A DNA stretch of 60,935 nucleotides from positions 1-60,935 of the forward strand of contig METP01000040.1 of NCBI GenBank assembly GCA_001771365.1, given 5' to 3'. Below are positions 15,919 through 25,500 of this stretch, piece after piece. This DNA comes from a candidate division WOR-1 bacterium RIFCSPLOWO2_02_FULL_46_20 (GTDB taxonomy: Bacteria; Margulisbacteria; WOR-1; O2-12-FULL-45-9). A program made the translations under genes and the position numbers. Each line of letters begins with the position of its first letter. Within the stretch, counting starts at the first letter, position 1. The notes under the pieces are model-generated. The model searched no databases and had not been told where the DNA came from. It saw only the letters and a list, made by a program, of their open reading frames with translations.

Positions 15919-17100
15919 TTATAGGTGCTGTTCTCGAAACGCTACAAAATGCCCATATGTTGGCTTCCAGACAAATGGGTAAACATACATGCGGTCCGGT
16001 TGTCCATAATCAATCACCAAAAGATCCGCATCTTCTTCTCCCTTCCAGCTACCACTGCTGAAATAGCGAACTCGGCCACCTAATTCTTCATCGTAGTAAA
16101 CTTTCTTAACAAGCTCATCAATCGTGAAAGAGAATCCTGCTCCATGGTCGTGTCCACGGATATAAATCATGGGCTTTTCCTTTGAGAATTGCTCCAGTCC
16201 CATCGACGCACGCCCTGTCTGACATTGTTTAAAAACCTCCCTGACCCTATCAAGCACCGCATCCTGCTTGTAAATTTTCCATTCATCACGACCGGTTCCT
16301 TGACTCTTTATGGCAAACCATAATCTCTCCGCCAGTTCCATCCAATGCATAAAATTGGGCCAAAGCCTGCTAAATATTTTCTTCTCCAAAAAAGTTAAAA
16401 CTTTGACAATCCTATCTCCGCTCTTTTTTCCTTTCACGCTATGACGATCGGCTTGATGCCCATGTTCAATATACACTTTTCCGTCAAAATAGGTCCCGGC
16501 TGGTGGCAAATAAACATTTAGTTGCAGTTTCTCTCTCCGACGGGCAACATCATCCAGGGCGCCATCATGGTTGCCAACAATCTGCAAAACTTTCGGCAAA
16601 AAATCAATTGCGTTCATAATAAGATGGTTCGCTGCCTGGATTTGGGGGAAGTTGGCTTTCCAGACAAGCAGGTCAAAATAATCTCCGTTATGAACAACAG
16701 GAGCCTGCAGCTTTCTGATTAGCCAGTATAAGCGCAACAAATCATCCGTGCGGGGGTGTGCCTCACCACGCATATGCACGTCAGAGATGACAAAAGCCAG
16801 CTTTGTTTCTTGTTCGGATGTTGGCTCCAGGGTAATCTCCCTGGAGGGCAAAACATTGATGGTATAAGGCGCGCAAAATCTGGGATCAAAAGAGCGACGA
16901 ATACCGCTCATAGATAATTTTCGTGCGTTCTGGATCTCTTCCTCTAGCAACCTAAGTTGAGCAATAGTCTGAGGATGTCTCTCCATTATCTTTGTCCTTG
17001 TAGCCTCCGCCCCTCTTTTGTTTAGATCACGCAGCATGCCGCCAGCCACAGCATCCAGGGCCCGCAGGCGGAGAAAAGGGTTAAAAACAAAGGTCTTCAC
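15919..17100 (-). CDS. Metallophosphoesterase (calcineurin/LpxH-like fold) with ~100-aa N-terminal extension
   Basis: Ordered metal-ligand motifs ISDVHM, NGDYFD, GNHDG, EHGHQ and RGHDHG. Confidence 0.75.
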   Translation of the reverse strand: MKTFVFNPFLRLRALDAVAGGMLRDLNKRGAEATRTKIMERHPQTIAQLRLLEEEIQNARKLSMSGIRRSFDPRFCAPYTINVLPSREITLEPTSEQETKLAFVISDVHMRGEAHPRTDDLLRLYWLIRKLQAPVVHNGDYFDLLVWKANFPQIQAANHLIMNAIDFLPKVLQIVGNHDGALDDVARRREKLQLNVYLPPAGTYFDGKVYIEHGHQADRHSVKGKKSGDRIVKVLTFLEKKIFSRLWPNFMHWMELAERLWFAIKSQGTGRDEWKIYKQDAVLDRVREVFKQCQTGRASMGLEQFSKEKPMIYIRGHDHGAGFSFTIDELVKKVYYDEELGGRVRYFSSGSWKGEEDADLLVIDYGQPDRMYVYPFVWKPTYGHFVAFREQHL

Positions 17101-17113
17101 TCTCCCAGGAAAG

Positions 17114-17413
17114 CTATGGGCAACAGCGGAGGCCTTTTTCTAGCTTAACAATAAACGCCCTGTTTTCTCCAAAAGAGAGCCGCCTCAAAAAGTTTTCTCC
17201 CCAGCCTACATTAGCTCTGGTCTGCACCCCATCTGGAGAATATAGCTTGTATCGTCTTTGAAAAAGTCTGTAGCCATTTGCGCCTACCACATGTCCAAGC
17301 CTCTTTGCCATAAGCAAATTATTTAAGCGGGCGCGCGCCTGCTGCTTTAATGATTTTACGTTTATCCTTCCCCCGTGTAGCTTTAATGTTGCTCGATTTA
17401 AAAAATATGCCAT
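17114..17413 (-). CDS. Hypothetical small basic protein
   Basis: 99-aa ORF, 13 nt upstream of and co-directional with the metallophosphoesterase gene. No motif recognised. Confidence 0.4.
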   Translation of the reverse strand: MAYFLNRATLKLHGGRINVKSLKQQARARLNNLLMAKRLGHVVGANGYRLFQRRYKLYSPDGVQTRANVGWGENFLRRLSFGENRAFIVKLEKGLRCCP

Positions 17414-17476
17414 ATTAGCTCCTCTTATCTATATAATTCGCCATTTTTAACTGATAATTTCACAATTTCCACTAAT

Positions 17477-17505
17477 TTGACTTTGCAAAACATTCTAACT
17501 ATAAT
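17477..17505 (+). promoter_or_regulatory. Near-consensus sigma-70 promoter of mdh (TTGACT-17 nt-TATAAT), implying a leaderless transcript
   Basis: TTGACT at 17477-17482, 17-nt spacer, TATAAT at 17500-17505. The best mdh ATG (17513) lies 7 nt after the -10 box. Confidence 0.55.
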
Positions 17506-17512
17506 GACCACT

Positions 17513-18439
17513 ATGAACGCTAAAATAAGCGTAATTGGCGCAGGAAACGTTGGCGCAGAGGTGGCCAGGCGGATCGTGGAAAAAGAGCTGGCCGACGTTG
17601 TACTGGTTGATATCATCGAAGGCATTCCCCAAGGCAAAGCCCTGGATATGCTCCAGGCTGGTCCGATTGTTGGCTACAACAGTATCATTACCGGGACCAA
17701 CGATTTCGCAGAGATTAAAGATTCACAAGTTGTCGTTGTCACTGCCGGTTTAGCCAGAAAACCCGGCATGAGCCGGGATGACCTGCTGCAGAAAAACGCC
17801 GCGATCGTTACCTCGGTTGTTGAGAATATCAAAAAGTATGCGCCGGATTCAATAATTTTAACCGTTACCAATCCCCTGGACACCATGACATATCTGGCCT
17901 GGAAAGTTTCTGGTTTCGCGCCAAACCGGATATTGGGCATGGCCCCCCTTCTGGATCTGGCCAGGATGTCGGCTTTTATCGCTATGGAGTTAAATGTGCC
18001 GGTTACTGAAGTTAAATCCATGGTCTTAGGAACACACGGAGATTTAATGGTCCCAGTCCCCAGCCAAACAACTGTCTCCGGCAAACCAATTTCAGAACTT
18101 ATATCCAAAGATAAAATAGACAAAATTGTAGACCGGACCCGCGATGGCGGGGCAGAGATTGTCGGTTATTTAAAAACCGGCTCAGCCTACTACGCCCCTT
18201 CAGCCGCGGCCGCTTATATGGTTGAAGCAATATTAAAAGATAAAAAAGAAATCATTTCGGCCTCTGTCTATGCCAACGGAGAATATGGGTTAAAAAATCT
18301 TTATATTGGTCTACCGGCAAAAATAGGCGAGAAGGGCGTTGAAAATATTGTTGAGATTAAGCTAACCATAGAAGAAAAACGAGCCCTGCAAAAGTCAGCT
18401 GAAGCCATACGAGAAAACAATGGCAAAATTATTCAATAA
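17513..18439 (+). CDS. mdh: Malate dehydrogenase (LDH-like, NAD-dependent)
   Basis: MNAKISVIGAGNVGA Rossmann start, TNPLD, and the catalytic His context LGTHGDLMVP. The tracked TTG start at 17477 coincides with the -35 box, so I prefer 17513. Confidence 0.88.
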   Translation: MNAKISVIGAGNVGAEVARRIVEKELADVVLVDIIEGIPQGKALDMLQAGPIVGYNSIITGTNDFAEIKDSQVVVVTAGLARKPGMSRDDLLQKNAAIVTSVVENIKKYAPDSIILTVTNPLDTMTYLAWKVSGFAPNRILGMAPLLDLARMSAFIAMELNVPVTEVKSMVLGTHGDLMVPVPSQTTVSGKPISELISKDKIDKIVDRTRDGGAEIVGYLKTGSAYYAPSAAAAYMVEAILKDKKEIISASVYANGEYGLKNLYIGLPAKIGEKGVENIVEIKLTIEEKRALQKSAEAIRENNGKIIQ

Positions 18440-18444
18440 CAATT

Positions 18445-18464
18445 CCCCACATTTTAATGTGGGG
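18445..18464. repeat. Palindromic hairpin CCCCACATTTTAATGTGGGG just after the mdh stop
   Basis: Read directly from the sequence. It is a member of the CCCCA...TGGGG hairpin family and may act as a terminator, although the T-tract is poor. Confidence 0.5.
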
Positions 18465-18499
18465 TTACATAATTTTCCTCAAAAGAGGGATAATGGGCG

Positions 18500-18519
18500 C
18501 CCCATAATAAATTATGGGG
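18500..18519. repeat. Palindromic hairpin CCCCATAATAAATTATGGGG overlapping the fumarase Shine-Dalgarno sequence
   Basis: Near-perfect 20-nt palindrome. Its 3' arm contains GGGG (18516-18519), 8 nt upstream of the ATG at 18528. Confidence 0.55.
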
Positions 18520-18527
18520 AATAAATC

Positions 18528-19370
18528 ATGCGTGAAATCGTAGCCAAAAGGATTGGCGAGGTAGTGAAAAAACTTTGCGTAGAAGCCAATACCAATCTTT
18601 CTGAAGATGTTGCTGAGGCTATAAAAAAAGCTCTTAACAAAGAAAAATCCCCCACCGGTCAAGAAATTCTGCGACAGATTCAAAATAATGCCGGGGTGGC
18701 CTGGCGCGAAAAACTTCCTTTATGTCAGGATTGCGGCCTGGTCATCGTTTTTGTTGAGGTGGGCCAGGAAGTACACATTATTGACGGCACAATAGAAGAA
18801 GCTGTTAACAACGGGGTTAGAGATGGCTATAAAGACGGCTACTTGAGAAAATCAGCAGCTAAAGATCCGGTTAAAAGAGGCAACACCGGAGATAATACTC
18901 CTGCCATTATCCACACTGAAATCGTCCCTGGTGAAAACATTAAAATCAGGCTGTTAACCAAGGGGGGCGGCGCTGAAAACTGCAGCGCCATCAGGATGTT
19001 TAAGCCCACCTCAACCAAAGAAGAGATAAATAATTTTATTCTGGAGACGGTGGAGAAGGCTGGCCCCAATGCCTGCCCCCCGATTATTGTTGGAGTTGGC
19101 GTCGGGGGAACCTTTGACTATGCCGCTCTACTGGCAAAAAAATCGTTGCTCCGCCAGGTTGGGGAAAGAAATAGCGACAAAGAAACCGCCGAATGGGAAA
19201 ATGAGCTCCTGGTAAAAATCAACAAGACCGGCATTGGTCCAATGGGGCTGGGCGGGACAACGACAGCTCTGGCGGTCCAAATTGAAAAGTATCCCTGCCA
19301 TATATCGAGCTTACCGGTCGCGGTAAATATCGAATGTCATGCGCACAGATATAAAGAAGCGTTCATATGA
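18528..19370 (+). CDS. Fe-S type hydro-lyase (class I fumarate/tartrate hydratase), alpha subunit
   Basis: PLCQDCG cluster-ligand context, 280 aa, followed by the overlapping beta-subunit gene. Confidence 0.88.
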   Translation: MREIVAKRIGEVVKKLCVEANTNLSEDVAEAIKKALNKEKSPTGQEILRQIQNNAGVAWREKLPLCQDCGLVIVFVEVGQEVHIIDGTIEEAVNNGVRDGYKDGYLRKSAAKDPVKRGNTGDNTPAIIHTEIVPGENIKIRLLTKGGGAENCSAIRMFKPTSTKEEINNFILETVEKAGPNACPPIIVGVGVGGTFDYAALLAKKSLLRQVGERNSDKETAEWENELLVKINKTGIGPMGLGGTTTALAVQIEKYPCHISSLPVAVNIECHAHRYKEAFI

Positions 19371-19909
19371 AATCCGTAATCCAGAAAATTCAATCTCCAA
19401 TAACTGATCAAGCGGTAAAAGCCTTAAATATTGGAGACAAAGTGTTAATTTCAGGTAAAATTATTGTGGCTCGGGATTCGGCTCATCAGCTTTTTGGCAA
19501 AAACCTACCTTTTAAACCCAGGGGCGCGACTTTGTACTACGCCTCCCCCAGCCCAACCAGGAAAGGCCAAATTATCGGCTCCATCGGCCCCACCACCTCT
19601 ACCCGCATGGATCGCTTTACCCCCGATCTACTGAAACTCGGGGTAAAAATAACCATTGGTAAAGGCTATCGTGGAAAAGAGGTAATTGCTGCCATGAAAA
19701 AATATAAGGCTGCTTATCTTGTTGTGCCAGGCGGTATTGCCGCCGCCAATTCAAAATATATTAAAAAATCAACCGTCATTGCCTATCCCGACCTCGGTTC
19801 CGAAGCGGTTTTGGAACTGGAGGTCGTCGACTTTCCAGCCATTGTTGCCATTGATTCCAAGGGTCATGACCTGTTTGTCCAAGGCAAAAAGAAATACAGT
19901 GTTAAATAG
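19367..19909 (+). CDS. Fe-S type hydro-lyase (class I fumarate/tartrate hydratase), beta subunit
   Basis: GPTTSTRMD motif, 180 aa, 4-nt overlap with the alpha subunit gene. Confidence 0.88.
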   Translation: MKSVIQKIQSPITDQAVKALNIGDKVLISGKIIVARDSAHQLFGKNLPFKPRGATLYYASPSPTRKGQIIGSIGPTTSTRMDRFTPDLLKLGVKITIGKGYRGKEVIAAMKKYKAAYLVVPGGIAAANSKYIKKSTVIAYPDLGSEAVLELEVVDFPAIVAIDSKGHDLFVQGKKKYSVK

Positions 19910-20666
19910 ATTTAAAATAGTTTTACCGTCATTGGTCGTTGGTTTATTAGTCATTAATCATTCTGCCTCCATAGCGAAGGAGTATGATGGAATTTGGTTT
20001 ATGGGTTTCAACCTCAAGCATGAATTGCTGCAAAACGATAAAGTCCGCGGTGCCATTATCCGCGTAATTGATCGAGAGTACAGCGAAGAAACCGCGCCAA
20101 TCAGTATTATACCCCCCGGCATGCTGGGTTATGACCCGGATCTGGGAGCCCAGCCTCACGACACAAAAGAGGCCAAAGCTATGATGAAAGAAGCCGGCTA
20201 TCCAATAAACGATGAACGAATAAAAAAACTCTCCATCTTGCACACTGACGGCGTAAAGACTATCGCCATGGCCGAGAGAATAATTAATAACTTGAAAAAT
20301 ATCGGTATGAAAGTCGAAGCAACAAAGGTCAGCTTTGAAAATGAAGAAGAATGGGTAGAAGAATTAACCTCCGGCAATCACGATTTCTTTCTCATGGGTT
20401 ACAAAGCCGGCATCTCGCAGCTATTTACCGAAGAGGCTAACGCGGCACGATTTGACAGCTACAGCTTAATTGAACCGCTCTTCGCCAGCAGCGGTGAAGC
20501 CAACTTTACCGGCTACAGCAAAGCGGAAGTTGATAATCTTTTAGCCAAACTTACCGGCATTAATCTCGCGCTCCAAAGCGAACGGCATATAAAGCTCAAA
20601 CAGATCAATCAGCTGCTTGCCAAAGATCTACCGGTGGTCGTGCTTTTTTATATCGAGAAACTATGA
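19899..20666 (+). CDS. Half-size family-5 (peptide/nickel type) solute-binding-protein-like protein
   Basis: The sequence resembles only the C-terminal half of SBP_bac_5 proteins (EAKAMMKEAGYP..., HDFFLMGY..., AEVDNLLAKL..., LAKDLPVVVLFY). I chose the GTG at 19899 because it gives a hydrophobic N-terminus (FKIVLPSLVVGLLVI). The tracked TTG at 19719 lies inside the fumarase beta gene. Confidence 0.5.
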   Translation: MLNRFKIVLPSLVVGLLVINHSASIAKEYDGIWFMGFNLKHELLQNDKVRGAIIRVIDREYSEETAPISIIPPGMLGYDPDLGAQPHDTKEAKAMMKEAGYPINDERIKKLSILHTDGVKTIAMAERIINNLKNIGMKVEATKVSFENEEEWVEELTSGNHDFFLMGYKAGISQLFTEEANAARFDSYSLIEPLFASSGEANFTGYSKAEVDNLLAKLTGINLALQSERHIKLKQINQLLAKDLPVVVLFYIEKL

Positions 20667-20677
20667 ATGACGCAAAA

Positions 20678-20697
20678 CCCCATACTGAAGTATGGGG
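20678..20697. repeat. Palindromic hairpin CCCCATACTGAAGTATGGGG
   Basis: Read directly from the sequence. It is followed by the same AATAAA context as the hairpin at 18500. Confidence 0.5.
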
Positions 20698-20717
20698 AAT
20701 AAAACCAGAAAAAAATT

Positions 20718-20737
20718 CCACACACTTTAGTGTGTGG
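20718..20737. repeat. Palindromic hairpin CCACACACTTTAGTGTGTGG
   Basis: Read directly from the sequence. It sits immediately upstream of a TATAAT box (20739-20744) and the ATG at 20753. Confidence 0.5.
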
Positions 20738-20752
20738 TTATAATATACAACA

Positions 20753-20977
20753 ATGGACTCCATCGATGTCTTTTTAAAAGTTAAGAAAGAAGACATCTAT
20801 CTAATTTGCCCGTACTTTGAGGCTTTTGAAGGTATGGCTGCCATCCGCACGCCAGAACCGGCTGAGGGACCATATGCGACATTGAAACTTATGGTTTCTC
20901 CTGATTTCAAAGATGATTTTGACAAGTTGCTGGCCAGCCTAAAAGGGAGGCTCGATTTTGAACAAATATCTGGATAA
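20753..20977 (+). CDS. DUF4911-like small protein
   Basis: 74 aa. The N-terminal pattern (FLKVKKEDIYLICPYFEAFEGMAAIRT) matches my memory of this family, which commonly sits next to yqeG-like genes. Confidence 0.55.
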   Translation: MDSIDVFLKVKKEDIYLICPYFEAFEGMAAIRTPEPAEGPYATLKLMVSPDFKDDFDKLLASLKGRLDFEQISG

Positions 20978-21467
20978 ATTTAAAGATTTTTTTCAGCCCA
21001 ATGAGGTTGTCAAAAATATCCACGAGATAGATTTTGCCAGGCTCAAAAGTCAGGGCATTACCGCTCTAATTATGGATATTGATGAAACCTTAATCCCCCG
21101 CACGTTCCATGATGTTTCGCCCGAAGTTTTTGAGTGGGTGGTTGCGCGCAAAGAAGAGGGCTTTAAACTCTGTTTGACCTCAAACAGCCGTCATCCTTTG
21201 CGGGTAAAGTACATCGGCGATACTCTTAATGTCCCCTCTATGTCGCTCGGACTTAAACCTTTACCTTTTGCCTTTTGGAAATCAATGGAAACATTGGGTT
21301 CTAAACCGGAAAACACGGCTATGATCGGAGATCAACTATTTATGGATATTTTAGGTGCCAACCTGGTCAAGCTCTATTCAATTTACGTTAAACCCATGAC
21401 TCCAGAAACTTTTCTGCCGAGGATATGGATGCGGCGGGCTGAAGAGTGGCTCTTAAAGGAAGTTTAA
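20958..21467 (+). CDS. YqeG-family HAD-IIIA phosphatase
   Basis: HAD motif I MDIDETL, motif II LTSNS and motif IV-like IGDQLFMD. 169 aa. Confidence 0.8.
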   Translation: MNKYLDKFKDFFQPNEVVKNIHEIDFARLKSQGITALIMDIDETLIPRTFHDVSPEVFEWVVARKEEGFKLCLTSNSRHPLRVKYIGDTLNVPSMSLGLKPLPFAFWKSMETLGSKPENTAMIGDQLFMDILGANLVKLYSIYVKPMTPETFLPRIWMRRAEEWLLKEV

Positions 21468-22063
21468 ACTAAGCTTTTCAACGCCTGTTTGACAATACTT
21501 TCAACATTGCTTGTGGCAAGATCAACACCTGATTTCATAATCGTTTCGCGGGCTTCGCCTGGGGAATAACCAAGGGAAATTAGAGCAGAGATCGCATCCG
21601 AAACTACAGCTTCGTCACCCGGAATGCCTAGCGTCATCTCGGATGGTGTTAAAGCATAAGCCTTGGCTACTTTTTCTTTTAATTCAATAACCAATTTCTG
21701 GGCAGTTTTCTTACCTATCCCTGGAACAGAAGTGATCAAATCAGCATTGCCTTGAGCAATGGCCGCGGCCAGCTTATCAATTGGAAAAGCGGAGAGAATC
21801 GCCATAGAGGCTTTGGGCCCCACTCCACTCACCGTCAGCAAGAGAGAAAAAAGTTTTCTTTCTTCCTTTGACAGGAAACCGTAGAGCGAGATATTATCCT
21901 CCCTAACAACCTGATAAGTAAAAAGCTTGGCCGCTTCGCCAATTTTGGGCAGGCGCGATAGTGTGGAGCTGGTAACATTAACATGATAACCAACATTGCC
22001 CACATCAATCACAATGTAGTTCTTATCAATATGTTCTAATATCCCATTAAGATGCGAGATCAT
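21464..22063 (-). CDS. ruvA: Holliday junction branch migration complex subunit RuvA
   Basis: MISHLNGIL...VGYHV N-terminal OB fold, HhH motifs (VSGVGPKAS, VPGIGKKTAQKL) and the C-terminal domain. Confidence 0.9.
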   Translation of the reverse strand: MISHLNGILEHIDKNYIVIDVGNVGYHVNVTSSTLSRLPKIGEAAKLFTYQVVREDNISLYGFLSKEERKLFSLLLTVSGVGPKASMAILSAFPIDKLAAAIAQGNADLITSVPGIGKKTAQKLVIELKEKVAKAYALTPSEMTLGIPGDEAVVSDAISALISLGYSPGEARETIMKSGVDLATSNVESIVKQALKSLV

Positions 22064-22551
22064 AAGCTTGTTAGTTTACAGGAGTGCTGGTGGCAGATGG
22101 CAATAGCCAAAGCGTCGGCCGCATCGTCAGGTTTAGGCAGAAAAGAGAGTCCGAGTAATTGTTTAACCATGGCTTGAATCTGTTTTTTATCGGCCCGACC
22201 ATAGCCGGTAATGGCTATTTTTACTTCGAGCGGAGTATATTCTGCCACCTGAATTTTTCCTTCAGCCGCAGCCAGGAGGGTCATCCCCCTCGCCGCCCCT
22301 ACTGATATGGCGGTTTTGACGTTTTTGCCAAAGAAAACTTTCTCAATAGCCACTATCTGCGGCTTATAATCTTTGATCAGTCTTTTTAGCTCGTTGTAGA
22401 TAATACGCAGTCTGCCTTGAGAACTTTCTGTGGTGGAGGTATAAATAACGCCGTAGTCAACAAATACTAGCTTGCCATTCTTCTCTGTGATCAACCCGTA
22501 GCCAGTTGACGCTGTTCCCGGGTCAATTCCCAATGTAAGCATTGTATTCAT
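22060..22551 (-). CDS. ruvC: Crossover junction endodeoxyribonuclease RuvC
   Basis: LGIDPGTASTGYG, VAIEKVFF and DAADALAIAICH motifs. The start is ambiguous between 22551 and 22542. The tracked 22590 start would overlap the upstream gene. Confidence 0.88.
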   Translation of the reverse strand: MNTMLTLGIDPGTASTGYGLITEKNGKLVFVDYGVIYTSTTESSQGRLRIIYNELKRLIKDYKPQIVAIEKVFFGKNVKTAISVGAARGMTLLAAAEGKIQVAEYTPLEVKIAITGYGRADKKQIQAMVKQLLGLSFLPKPDDAADALAIAICHQHSCKLTSL

Positions 22552-22573
22552 TTTAGCACGGATCGGGGTGAGG

Positions 22574-25500
22574 TTAAAGGCTGATCTCAACGTTACCAGT
22601 GATATCGGTCAGGCGGTAATTTGGAGAAGAGCTAATCTCTCGATCGGCCCGCAGAGTCAGATCAACAAAATCGCTTAAAGCATATTTGGTTCTCAAAGAA
22701 TAGGCTGATTTCTCCGTTGTCGCTCCGGAATAAGATTTAGAATAAGTATACTCAAAATCAACGCGCAGTTTGTCGCCCAAATGGTAAATTATCCCGGCTC
22801 CCGGAGAAAATGTATAGGTTATCTGCGAAAGGAGATAATCTGTTGTCCGACTATAAGCTCCGGAAAGAGAAAATGTCCATATCTCCTGCGGGTTCCAGAT
22901 ACCCTTAAGGGCGGCGGTATGGGTTTTGGTATCGGTAAGGTTGGCCAAGGCCTCCATTGTTCCCTGATCGATTTTTTGATAGGTGTAACGCGAATCGATT
23001 GAAAATTTTTCAGAAAGAGAGCTCTTAATAACAGCCTCAAATTTATTCCCCACATCCCTCCCTTGAGTATAGGTATGGGGTTCCTGAGTCGAGGATAAAG
23101 TTCTTGAATCACCCTTTTCCACTAAATAGTTAAATTCCGTGGAAAGAATCTGAAAAGGGGCCATTTTTATGGTGTAAAGGATCGAATTGGTATCCAGGCT
23201 GTTCTCCTTAACCGCATAATTGGGAGAATCGCTTTTATAAATACTATAAGAGTTGCCCAACTTGTAAATTAAACCCAAGAGGGCGTATTGGACCGGGATT
23301 ATATTTATCTCCGCCTGCTGCTGTTCATTGTTATAACTTAACCCCTGGGTCCTAACAATGCGGGTAAAATTTGGCTTATATAAGTAACGTAAGCGTATGG
23401 CTTTAATCGGCCTATAATCAAGGGAAAATGATCCCGCTTGCTTAGAAACTGCTTCGGAAGTGGCTGAAAACTCTTCCAATACAGATGTAATAGTATATTT
23501 CCCGTCCGTTTTCAAGGTTTCATTGGGTTGAGCACGATATGACAGATCAAGCACGTCAGTGTTGCCTTGTAGGCTATCCACAATTTTGTTCAAAGAAGAA
23601 GAAACGAAATATTGTTTGGACGGCGTGGCAGACAAATTTAAGTTATAAGTGCGACGATATGGCTGCAACCCGCCGGGCTCCTGACGATTCTCCAGCTCAA
23701 CGTTTGAGGAAAAAGTAACCTTATCAAGCCCAACCGTTGCGACGCCAACATTCACCTTCCTATAATTAGTTGCTTCTTTCGTGAGTGAGCCGCTCAACCA
23801 TTTTTCAAGCGTCCCCTTTAGGCTTCCGGAAAGAAAGCCTATTTGATGGATCATCTCAGTAGAATTTTTCGTAATAACCCTCTTGATTGAACTGCCGGTT
23901 ACCGGATCATTGCTCTCATCGATTTCTGAAAAGTTGTATTCGAGTGACGGCAGCTGCTCCGGAATTAATTGAAAGCCGGCTGTTTTGTAAATATTTTCGT
24001 AAACAATTCCTCTTTGCGTGTATTTTTCATACCCATAATTACCCTTACCGCCAAAAAGAGAACCTGGCCGAAAGCTTAAAGTTCCACTATACTCCCAGAC
24101 GGCCTGTTTTGGCTCTGGCTCCGCGATAGGACGATAGCTAGAGCCAATCTTTTTCACATGCATATCAATGCCCAGTGGACCAAGAGTCGAATTAACGTTG
24201 AATTTCGCGGCTCTGCCGCTTTCCTTGGTTGAAGCGGCAGAAAGTATATTTAAATTATTGGCTGAATAGGCTATTTCACCATCAACGGCAATATTGTCCA
24301 AAATAAAGCTCCCATCTACGCCAACCACGGAGTGGCTTTGCGGATCAAAGGCCTCTTGGCTCATGCTGCTCCGAATTGTTTGCGCTCCGACAAAACTATC
24401 AGAATCGTCCAGGTAGGTTGCTCCGAGTTTAATGCCAGACCGGGGTTTAATAAATCCCCGCAAGCCGTATGTCGCATGCTGATAAACCGTTTGTCGGTAA
24501 TCATAGTAAATATTGAGAACGGATTTTGTATTAATAATCTTTTTAATAAAGGAGATTGTCCCTGCCTGATAATCAATCGTGTAATCTTCGCCGCGGCTTT
24601 GCAGGATACCGTCTAAATAAATTCTTTCGCTATCAATAACAACCGGTGAGTATCCCAGTTTGTACGGTCCCTGCGTCCCATCTCCATACATCCGGCTGAA
24701 TTTTGAATAGCCCTTGGGTGAAGAATAAAGCGCGGAGAACCCCCATTGACCATAATCTCCCCTAACTCTTGCCCCGGAGAGTACTTTGTTTAACTTTGCA
24801 AACTCGGCTTCAGTTAAGTCTGCGGTAAAATCACCCAGGTAGGCTTCTGTGCTGGCTCGCTTTAAAAGTATGGAGATTTTTTCTTCGTTTTCTCCAACCT
24901 GGGAAACTCCTATAGCATTAGTTTTATATAGAGTGGCATCAATATCCGTACCTGCCGTGCTGCCGGAAATATTCACACGCAAAGTTTCCTCTCTGCTTTG
25001 AGTAGTCCCTGCCGTATATCCCTCTTTTGAACCCTCCAGTGTGCGGGTTTTAAAACTGATGCTCTGGCTCCCTTTAATTACCAAAGGAGAGGCTTCCGGA
25101 CTCATAACCTCTCCTTCGGTACTAATCAACAACGATATTGTTTCTTCTTCTGCATCGACAGCTGACTCCTTGGCTTCCGTAAAGATAATATCTTCATAAA
25201 GTGAAACAATTGACTCCTCCTCAGCCGAAATCTTCTCTTTAAATGCCTGATACCAAACAACACTCTTTGACAAAACATGGCCAGGATATCTTATCCAAAC
25301 AACAAAAAAATGTCCGCCATCTTTATAATCGCCCGGAATTTCAAACTTGCCCCACCAATGCCCCTGGCGATATTCCATGGGAATTTTTAAATCGCGATCA
25401 GAATATATGGTTATCTTTTGGGCAGGCTTAAAGGTGCGCAGGCGTAACGTTATCGTTTCTCCAATGGCTGGCGGATAATCAGGATAGTAACTTAACCCAT

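Noticed and set aside
19719-19898. The 5' extension of the SBP-like ORF starting at TTG 19719.
   Set aside because: It overlaps the 3' third of the fumarase beta-subunit gene in another frame. Its translation (MLCQAVLPPPIQNILKNQPSLPIPTSVPKRF...) looks non-protein-like. A GTG at 19899 gives a plausible signal-like N-terminus.
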